Origin: an uncultured Planctomycetaceae bacterium
Lineage (GTDB): Bacteria > Planctomycetota > Phycisphaerae > Sedimentisphaerales > UBA12454
Direction: 5' to 3'
Length of the DNA: 64,000 nucleotides
NCBI GenBank assembly: GCA_964619675.1
Contig: CAZUEO010000005.1
Span: 15,162-79,161, forward strand
Positions 28,983-35,807 of this stretch are shown here, piece by piece. The translations under genes were made by a program, and so were the position numbers. Below the pieces are notes generated by a model. That model searched no databases, was not told the DNA's origin, and saw only the letters and a list, made by a program, of their open reading frames with translations. Within the stretch, counting starts at the first letter, position 1. Each line of letters begins with the position of its first letter.

Positions 28983-29128
28983 TTTGACCTTATTTTATAA
29001 TTTATTCCCCTCGTCCGCAACAGTTCTTTTCGTGGTTAGCCCTGCCAACACTTTGGCGGGGTTTGTCATTTTTTTACGTATTTTGGATGCAGTTGCTGCC
29101 TTCGGTTCGGTAATCAATTGTTCCCCTG

Positions 29129-29163
29129 CCCCGTGAGATGCCGCTTCGGCTATCTCATCGGGG
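29129..29163. repeat. Bulged hairpin element, copy L (CCCCGTGAGAT-gccgcttcggct-ATCTCA-t-CGGGG)
   Basis: It forms an 11-bp stem with one bulged T plus a 3-bp inner stem. A second copy with compensatory changes lies at 34645-34679. Confidence 0.8.
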
Positions 29164-29220
29164 TCATCGCAGCCCTCGGCAGCAACTATAATTCTTGCGA
29201 CAGTTTACCCCGACAGTTTA

Positions 29221-29238
29221 TCCCTGCAAAAGCAGGGA
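29221..29238. repeat. Perfect 7-bp hairpin TCCCTGC-aaaa-GCAGGGA, preceded by a 13-nt tandem duplication (cgacagtttaYcc x2, 29198-29223)
   Basis: I read it directly from the sequence. It resembles the in-frame hairpin at 23712-23731. Confidence 0.7.
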
Positions 29239-29280
29239 AAGGTAGGGGCCATTTGCTTTGCTCCTATTTATTTATCTTTG

Positions 29281-31908
29281 CTAATTCAATATCACATCAT
29301 TAAGAGTTTTTACGGGGGCTTTAAAACTGACATCCTTAAATTGCTCGAAATGCTTTTTGCCGCACTTGATTTTTTGTTGTTCTTCTTGTCGCAATTCCTC
29401 TATGCGATTTGTCCCTTTGGTTTCTGCAACAAAATAAACTTTCTTATCTCCTTCATAAACCAGTGCCCAATCAGGATTATATGTACCGAGCGGAGTTTCT
29501 ATCTTAAACCAGAAAGGCAGTTTGAGATAAAACTTGATATCATCTCTTTTTTCACAGTCTTTTGCAAATTCCTTTTCCGTATAGCTTTCTATTTGAACAT
29601 AATCATAAACGGTTTTTTCTTTTTTCATAACTTCGAATAAATCGTCAAGGTATCCGTAAAGTTCTTCACTGTCAAAAAGCCTCTGTTCCCAGTATGAATC
29701 TGCTATCTTTTCATATTTAATCCCATCAACCATCATTTCATTTAGAACCTCGTTTATCTCGACACAAACTTTATCCATAAACTGCTGAGGGTTGATAAAT
29801 ACATCATCAATTTTGCCCGATTCAAGTAAAATGCGGCAAATGGTATCACGGGTTAATCTGGTCTTGTTCTGAATGTATGAAAGAATATCCGGGACGGTTT
29901 CTATATCGCCATATAAATCCCTACTGGATTGTGTTCTGAGTTCTGCCGTAACAGCGGTTTTATCAATTTCAATATCGGCTTTGGTCCTTATCAGTTTTGG
30001 CTTTGTGATTTTAATATCACCTATTTTTTTGCCTGCCCTCTTTATCAATTCATTGGTATCATAATCAACGCTGTAATGGGTCTTCTGCTTAATTTTATCC
30101 CATAAGAGTTTAAAATTCTCATCAAGCTGTAAATTCTTTTGCAGCTTTATTTGTTTTTTCTTCTTTTTGTTCTTAATCCTGCCGCCGAAACTAACGCCGC
30201 ATTCTTCTTCAATCTCAGACTGTAGGGCTTTTGCAAAATCTTCATAATATTCATTCGCTATAACGGTAAGAATATTTATGTTTTCATCAAATACTCTTTT
30301 ACCATCCTGATTTACAGGCAGTCTCATACCTCTGCCGATCTCCTGTCTTTTCTTTAGTGTTGATTGTGTTTCATTCAGTGTGCATATTTGAAATACGTTT
30401 GGATTATCCCAGCCTTCGCGTAAGGCCGAATGTGAAAATATAAATCTCAAAGGTTCGTTCACATCAAGAAGCCGTTCTTTGTCTTTCATTATCAGTTGAT
30501 ACGCACTATCATCGTCTATGGTATCCCTCCCTTCGCGAGAATCCTTCCAGTTTCCTTTTTTATCCTGCGCGAAATAACCATTGTGAGCCTGCCGGGCCTT
30601 ATAATTCAGCAACCCTTTATATTTGTTTTGGTTTCTTGCCTTTTCGTAAAATTCTTCAAACCATAAAGCTATTTTGCCTTTAACAGGATTTTCATTTTCA
30701 TAATTGCGGTAATTAGCCACTCTGTCGATAAAGAACAGTGTTAAAACTTTTATCCCCTTATCTTTTAATCGTTTTTCCTTTTCAAAATGATTATTTATTG
30801 TGCTTTCAATTTGATACCTCATTATCTCATCGGTCAGCCCGCCTTGTTTTTGCCCGACATTAATAGTTATACCGTTATTAAATGTTATGCCCTCCCTGTC
30901 TATTTCACTTACAATAAATCCCTCTTTATACAGGTCCCTTTTGTTTGACTTTTCATAAAGGTCGTCGCCAACCGAAACATTCACATCTTTTTTCACGACC
31001 CCCTCGTTTGTATTAACATCTATTTTCAGCTTTGCGATTATTTTTCTAGTTTGCGGTTTTATGCTTTTTACTTCAATATACGCCAGGTTGAAATTATCTG
31101 CCTCTGTTATCCCATCAACCTCAATTCTTTTGACAAGCCCCAAATCATAAGCCCTTACGGGGTCAAGCCGGTAAATTTCATTGTATCTTACCGTATGTGT
31201 TGCGGAATATCGAAGCGTGCATAATGGATTAAGATTTGCTATCGCCTGCCTCCTGATATCCGTCTCCATATTTTGAGGCTCATCTACGATAACTATCGGT
31301 CTTGTCGCCTTGATAAACTCTGCCGGCACTCCCCAGTCGCTTTGCTGAAAAAATATGTTTCCTGCCCTTGTGAACTGGTCTATATTCATTACCATTATCT
31401 GCAAAGTGTTGGTCGTTGCAAAATTTCTGGCAAGCCCTCTTTTTTTAGGGTCAAATTCGTGGTAATCCAGTGTCGGCTTTTCATAGAGCATATCAAAATG
31501 CTCTTTTGTTATTTCAAGGTTCTTTAATACGCCTTCTTTAATCGCCAGGCTCGGCACAACAATAATAAACTTCTTAAAACCGTAATTTTTATGTAATTCG
31601 TGTATCGTCCGCAGATAAACATAAGTTTTGCCCGTGCCGGTTTCCATCTCTATTGAAAAATGAAAACCATCGAGTTTATTTGAGACTTCTATTTCATTTC
31701 TCTGCTGAATAATTTGAAGATTTTTTAATATTGTTTCATTGTCAAGGATTAAATTATTCGCAACAACGCTCAAAAATGTTCCGCCAACTGATGTAGCCTT
31801 TGCATAGGCAAAATCGCTCGCCCCCGCAGGTTGACCCGCAAATATTTCAACCGTTGCATTTATAGCATCTTTCTGAAATTCCTGATTTGCGTCAAATTGA
31901 AGTTTCAT
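29281..31908 (-). CDS. res: Type III restriction endonuclease, Res subunit
   Basis: The MKLQFDANQEFQKDAI N-terminus, helicase motif I METGTGKT, motif II IVIVDEPQNM and a C-terminal PD-(D/E)xK region (NPDWALV..FVAETKG) are present. The ATG at 31908 is preferred over 31938. Confidence 0.88.
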   Translation of the reverse strand: MKLQFDANQEFQKDAINATVEIFAGQPAGASDFAYAKATSVGGTFLSVVANNLILDNETILKNLQIIQQRNEIEVSNKLDGFHFSIEMETGTGKTYVYLRTIHELHKNYGFKKFIIVVPSLAIKEGVLKNLEITKEHFDMLYEKPTLDYHEFDPKKRGLARNFATTNTLQIMVMNIDQFTRAGNIFFQQSDWGVPAEFIKATRPIVIVDEPQNMETDIRRQAIANLNPLCTLRYSATHTVRYNEIYRLDPVRAYDLGLVKRIEVDGITEADNFNLAYIEVKSIKPQTRKIIAKLKIDVNTNEGVVKKDVNVSVGDDLYEKSNKRDLYKEGFIVSEIDREGITFNNGITINVGQKQGGLTDEIMRYQIESTINNHFEKEKRLKDKGIKVLTLFFIDRVANYRNYENENPVKGKIALWFEEFYEKARNQNKYKGLLNYKARQAHNGYFAQDKKGNWKDSREGRDTIDDDSAYQLIMKDKERLLDVNEPLRFIFSHSALREGWDNPNVFQICTLNETQSTLKKRQEIGRGMRLPVNQDGKRVFDENINILTVIANEYYEDFAKALQSEIEEECGVSFGGRIKNKKKKKQIKLQKNLQLDENFKLLWDKIKQKTHYSVDYDTNELIKRAGKKIGDIKITKPKLIRTKADIEIDKTAVTAELRTQSSRDLYGDIETVPDILSYIQNKTRLTRDTICRILLESGKIDDVFINPQQFMDKVCVEINEVLNEMMVDGIKYEKIADSYWEQRLFDSEELYGYLDDLFEVMKKEKTVYDYVQIESYTEKEFAKDCEKRDDIKFYLKLPFWFKIETPLGTYNPDWALVYEGDKKVYFVAETKGTNRIEELRQEEQQKIKCGKKHFEQFKDVSFKAPVKTLNDVILN

Positions 31909-31913
31909 TTTGC

Positions 31914-31944
31914 ACCAATTTGAAATTTGAAATCTCAAATCTGA
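31914..31944. repeat. Direct repeat, left copy (core 27-mer atttgaaatttgaaatctcaaatctga at 31918-31944)
   Basis: It is identical over 27 nt, and 30/31 over the extended match, to 32468-32498. It is itself built of 7-nt units (31921-31948), and AATCTCA-aatc-TGAGATT forms a hairpin at 31931-31948. Confidence 0.9.
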
Positions 31945-31946
31945 GA

Positions 31947-32450
31947 TTATTTATCTTCTGGATAATCCTGCGGCCTGGCCTTTCTCAAAGTTTCCTGAAT
32001 TTGTTTTTCAAACGCATCTGCACGTCTTTTCGCTTCATATATGCCGCGTGTATTTTCATTTAAATGCCGTTGTCCTTTTATATCGCTGTTTTGCAGGCTG
32101 TCCGCCCATCCGCGTATCTGCCGTGAGCACGATTCCGCTTTTGATTTGAGATCTGAAATCTGAGATTTCAGATGTGCCGCTTCTGGAAACAGTTCTGTAA
32201 AAAGCAGCATTGAGCGTGTTTCTCCGCACGAGCCGCGGGAGATATATAAGAAGGCGAGCAGTTCCGCCGTTGAGCCGCGCTCAAATCCTTCTGCTATATT
32301 ATTCGAAACTGAAAGCGAAGAACGACGCATCTGGTCGCGAAGGTCCCCGGGCTGATTGAAGAACTTGTCTTTAGTCAGCTCATACACTCCTTTGGCCAGT
32401 TCTATCGCTAACTGCCACACCGGTAAATCTTCAAACCGCTCATATTTCAT
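31947..32450 (-). CDS. Four-helix-bundle protein (23S rRNA-intervening-sequence protein family), copy 1, with an extended C-terminus
   Basis: FEDLPVWQLAIELAKGVYELT..LRDQMRRSSLSVSNNIAEGFERGS..FLYISRGSCGETRS matches the family signature. It is inserted between mod and res. Confidence 0.85.
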   Translation of the reverse strand: MKYERFEDLPVWQLAIELAKGVYELTKDKFFNQPGDLRDQMRRSSLSVSNNIAEGFERGSTAELLAFLYISRGSCGETRSMLLFTELFPEAAHLKSQISDLKSKAESCSRQIRGWADSLQNSDIKGQRHLNENTRGIYEAKRRADAFEKQIQETLRKARPQDYPEDK

Positions 32451-32467
32451 CTTTTTTATCCTTCAAA

Positions 32468-32574
32468 ACCTATTTGAAATTTGAAATCTCAAATCTGATA
32501 TCCGTTTATGAAATCTGAAACTTCAAATCTGCTATTTTTTAGTTTTCTGAAATTTGAGATTTTAAATCTGAGAT
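32468..32574. repeat. Direct repeat, right copy (32468-32498), plus two more 4-unit heptamer arrays (32509-32536 and 32547-32574)
   Basis: The arrays read tgaaatt tgaaatc tcaaatc tgatatc / tgaaatc tgaaact tcaaatc tgctatt / ctgaaat ttgagat tttaaat ctgagat. Together they fill the mod-4HB intergenic gap. Confidence 0.9.
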
Positions 32575-32577
32575 TCG

Positions 32578-34449
32578 TCATATTACTTTAAATTCTATTC
32601 TTTCGCCTTCCATCTGCAGAGCCGTATTCGTCTTTAACCGGTCGTTATTACTAAAAGCAATATCAAGGCAGGTAAACCTCTGGGGCTTTTCTTTTATAAT
32701 CTTTTCGACGAATTTTTTTGTTATTTTCTCTGCAAGGCAGATAATCTCCATACCGTCCGCAAGACTGAAATAATCAATTGAATCAAAATTTTTCTTTTCA
32801 ATCTTTACATTCAAATCAAATCGGCTGTTTTTAAGAATAATCTCAAAGAGCATATCTTCAACGGCCGCACCCTTTTTCGTATTATCAACGAACATCTTCA
32901 TCTGCTCTTTTAATTGGCCGGCCGTTTTTATATCTTCTCGCCACTGCTTGAAATTACTCTGCTCTAATTTAAAGACCTTAAATCCCAAATCCAATTTGTT
33001 TTTGTCAAATTTGAGATTCCCTTCTATCTCCTTTTTTATCTTTTCCGCCGCCCGCCGGAGCCTTTCCTTGCCTATTTCAGCTATTGTCTTAAAGCCCGCT
33101 TTATATGCCTCGCTGTCTTCTTCGCAAGGCTCTGCCAACTGAACGCAGATAAATTTCCTGTTCCCGCCATCTTCAGCATTCAAAGCCATTACTGCGTGTG
33201 CCGTTGTACAAGACCCGGCAAAAAAATCGAGAACGATATCATCTTCACCTAAGCCTTGTACTAACAGCTCTCTAATTAATTCTGTAGGCTTTGGGAACTC
33301 CATATATCTAGCTTTAAATAATTCTTCTAATTCATTGGTTCCATTTCTTGTATATATATCAGGTGCTATAATCGAAGAATAACCCGTGAACTCGTCATTA
33401 AGTTCAGAAAGAAATATTTTTCTGCGTGGTCTTCCTTTTTGTGACTGCGGCCAGATTATCCTATCTTCTTCAATCAATTTTTGCATGGTGTTTTTATCAT
33501 ATCGCCACCCCATTTTAGGTTTGCCATAATTAATACCAGTCTTGGGATTTATTAAGTCATAATGACAATTAGGCCTTTGTTCTTCCGGCAATAAACCTAC
33601 CATATTTCCGCTTACCCAGTCTCCTCTTGGATCATTGTCTGGATTTTTGTATTGTTCTTTATTTCTTTCTGAACCTCTTATCCTATTTCCTGAAGTTCTC
33701 GTATAAACAAGTACATATTCATGATCGATCGAAACGCCCGTGATATTTCGATTATCTTTATTTTGACGGCTTTTCCAAATAAGTTGCGCAACAAAACTTT
33801 CCTCTCCAAAAATTTCATTCATAATCATTCGCAGGTTATAGACTTCGTTGTCATCGATTGAAACAAAAATAACGCCGTCATCACGGAGCAGATTTCTTGC
33901 CAGAAAAAGTCTCGGATATATCATTGAAAGCCAGTTTGAATGAAAATGGCCTGCATCTTTACTGTTCTTTCGCCAGAAACCGTCTTTTGTAAGTAGTCCT
34001 TCGGCGTCTTTTATCCCTGCCCGCAGTTCGTAATCTTCTTTCTCCTCTTTGAATCTGTCGGGATAAATAAAACTGTCGTTGCCGGTATTATATGGCGGGT
34101 CGATATAAATCATCTTTATTTTGCCGTAATAGGTTTTTTGCAGGACTTTAAGGACCTCTAAATTATCCCCTTCAATAAAAATATTTTCTGAGCTCTGAGA
34201 TTTCAAATCTGAGATTTTCAGTGTTGCTGTCGTGGTTTCTTGTATATGGCGAAAGCACTCGCTTTTTCCCGCCCAGCTTAGGCCGTATCGTTCATTATTT
34301 GTATCGAGTTCTTCGCCGAGTGTTTGTTTTAGTTTGTCTGGGCTGATTTTGCCTTCGGCAAAAATCTCTGGGAAGCGGGATTTGAGCAGTTCCGCAAGTT
34401 CTTTTTGTGGGCTTGCCGAATTGCCGTCTATTTTATGTATCTTTGCCAT
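32578..34449 (-). CDS. mod: Type III DNA methyltransferase, Mod subunit (beta-class N6-adenine)
   Basis: IYIDPPYNTGND (motif IV) lies upstream of VLDFFAGSCTT (motif I). The 623-aa gene is adjacent to res. Confidence 0.88.
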   Translation of the reverse strand: MAKIHKIDGNSASPQKELAELLKSRFPEIFAEGKISPDKLKQTLGEELDTNNERYGLSWAGKSECFRHIQETTTATLKISDLKSQSSENIFIEGDNLEVLKVLQKTYYGKIKMIYIDPPYNTGNDSFIYPDRFKEEKEDYELRAGIKDAEGLLTKDGFWRKNSKDAGHFHSNWLSMIYPRLFLARNLLRDDGVIFVSIDDNEVYNLRMIMNEIFGEESFVAQLIWKSRQNKDNRNITGVSIDHEYVLVYTRTSGNRIRGSERNKEQYKNPDNDPRGDWVSGNMVGLLPEEQRPNCHYDLINPKTGINYGKPKMGWRYDKNTMQKLIEEDRIIWPQSQKGRPRRKIFLSELNDEFTGYSSIIAPDIYTRNGTNELEELFKARYMEFPKPTELIRELLVQGLGEDDIVLDFFAGSCTTAHAVMALNAEDGGNRKFICVQLAEPCEEDSEAYKAGFKTIAEIGKERLRRAAEKIKKEIEGNLKFDKNKLDLGFKVFKLEQSNFKQWREDIKTAGQLKEQMKMFVDNTKKGAAVEDMLFEIILKNSRFDLNVKIEKKNFDSIDYFSLADGMEIICLAEKITKKFVEKIIKEKPQRFTCLDIAFSNNDRLKTNTALQMEGERIEFKVI

Positions 34450-34644
34450 TCGCTTATTTCTCCTTTGCTTCTAATTCGGCTCGATTTTCCCCTATTTTCT
34501 GCCATTCTTTTTTTCCCCAGATTTTTAAATCCGTGCCCGATTCCTTAATTCTGTCTACTGAATTCTCCGTAAGGAGTCCATAGGACTGTATTCTGAATTC
34601 TCTTTTCCGCCATTCCTTTATTTCTCCTATGTTTACCCCGCCTG

Positions 34645-34679
34645 CCCTGTGAGATGTCTCTTAGACTATCTCATCAGGG
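34645..34679. repeat. Bulged hairpin element, copy R (CCCTGTGAGAT-gtctcttagact-ATCTCA-t-CAGGG)
   Basis: Its architecture matches 29129-29163. C:G becomes T:A in both the outer stem and the inner stem. Confidence 0.8.
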
Positions 34680-34711
34680 TGAGATATCCGCCCGCAGGCG
34701 GCTCCTTTCAC

Positions 34712-34739
34712 CAAATACCATATACTAAATGCCAAATAC
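34712..34739. repeat. Heptanucleotide array caaatac catatac taaatgc caaatac
   Basis: Four contiguous 7-nt units, read directly from the sequence. Confidence 0.8.
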
Positions 34740-34790
34740 TCTGGACTTCTTTGTACTCTTCGTGCCCTCTGTGGTGAGAGTTTAGTGTAC

Positions 34791-34869
34791 ATTTTTAATT
34801 TTTATTTGTCGTTTTTATTTTTTATTTTTTATATTTGATATTTTTTACTGGCGACCAGCGACCAGCGAC
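34791..34869. repeat. Heptanucleotide arrays: an ATTTTTW-type run of 8 units (34791-34846), then gcgacca x2.7 (34851-34869)
   Basis: The 7-nt register is maintained across attttta attttta tttgtcg tttttat tttttat tttttat atttgat atttttt, followed by gcgacca gcgacca gcgac. Confidence 0.8.
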
Positions 34870-34940
34870 TAATTATCGACTCGGCTATTCGACTTTCAAC
34901 TCTTGCCCGCCGCAGGCGGGCCGGCGGTTCCATTATTCTG

Positions 34941-34968
34941 TAATCTATAATCTACAATCTGTAATCTG
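34941..34968. repeat. Heptanucleotide array taatcta taatcta caatctg taatctg, abutting the mlaE stop
   Basis: Four contiguous 7-nt units end 1 nt before the mlaE stop codon (34970-34972). Confidence 0.85.
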
Positions 34969-34969
34969 C

Positions 34970-35806
34970 TTAAAGCAGTATTTTCAATGGCCACAATGTT
35001 GAGTAAATAGCCTTGAATACCACTACCAGGACAAAGTCTATCGCCAGTATCAGGATAAAACTGCCGACGAACCCTTCTGTACACGCCTGGCCTACGCCAT
35101 GAGCACCTTCTTTGCAGTGGAAGCCTTTATAGCAGCTTACGCCTGCGATTGCTGCTCCGAAGAAGAAGCCTTTTACAACGCCTATTGAGATATCCCACAT
35201 TTCGACGCCTCCGGCGCTGAGGCTCCAGTAGGCTTTGCTATTGATACCGAGGTAGGGTACGCTGATGAAGTATCCGCCGAGGATACCGAGGATATCGGCA
35301 TAGATTATCAGGAATGGTGTAAGGAGCAGGCAGGCTATTAATCGTGGAGCCACGAGGTATTTTATTGGGTCGGTGCCCATACTGCGGACTGCCAGTATTT
35401 GTTCTGTTACGTTCATTGTGCCGAGTTCTGCGGTAAGTGCTCCGCCGACTCTGCCGGCGAGCATAACTGCTGCCAGCACAGGCCCCAGTTCTTTTACGAC
35501 TGACAGGTTAATTAGTACGCCAAGATGTTCTTCAATTCCCAGCCCTGCAAGCTGGTCATAGGCCTGAATCGCAAGCACCATCCCCACAAACGCTCCGGTG
35601 ATAGCAACGACGAGTACGCTGCGGACGCCGATGGCGAGCATCTGATTCCATATCAATGGATAAGTCGGGGGCCTTAAACACGCTGCAAAGGAGGCGACTA
35701 AAGATTCAGCCTGAAACCTGGCGAATCTGCCGCAGTTGCCCACAGCGGTAACTACCCAGCCGCCCAACTGCTCCAGCATCGAACTTCTTGTTTGCTGCTG
35801 TGCCAT
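34970..35806 (-). CDS. mlaE: ABC transporter permease, MlaE/Ttg2B-like
   Basis: The MlaE-family pattern is present (ILAVRSMGTDPIKYLVAPRLIA), with a polytopic C-terminal half. Confidence 0.82.
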   Translation of the reverse strand: MAQQQTRSSMLEQLGGWVVTAVGNCGRFARFQAESLVASFAACLRPPTYPLIWNQMLAIGVRSVLVVAITGAFVGMVLAIQAYDQLAGLGIEEHLGVLINLSVVKELGPVLAAVMLAGRVGGALTAELGTMNVTEQILAVRSMGTDPIKYLVAPRLIACLLLTPFLIIYADILGILGGYFISVPYLGINSKAYWSLSAGGVEMWDISIGVVKGFFFGAAIAGVSCYKGFHCKEGAHGVGQACTEGFVGSFILILAIDFVLVVVFKAIYSTLWPLKILL

Positions 35807-35807
35807 A

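Noticed and set aside
31921-32574. Possible CRISPR array, given the repeated short units around the 4HB gene
   Set aside because: The units are 7 nt and directly tandem, with no spacers. The 27-bp repeat occurs only twice, 554 bp apart, and encloses a gene. No cas genes are present in the window.
29129-34679. Integron attC sites, given the imperfect hairpins with an extrahelical base flanking a gene module
   Set aside because: No intI integrase or attI site is present, and no GTTRRRY core is visible. The hairpins (about 35 nt) are shorter than typical attC sites, and the enclosed module contains three genes. I kept this only as a loose analogy.
28140-34969. Transposase, integrase or recombinase responsible for the island
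   Set aside because: No ORF in or next to the island shows DDE, tyrosine- or serine-recombinase motifs. The remaining plus-strand ORFs (e.g. 29278-29640, 31273-31527, 34232-34474) are low-complexity shadows of the minus-strand genes.
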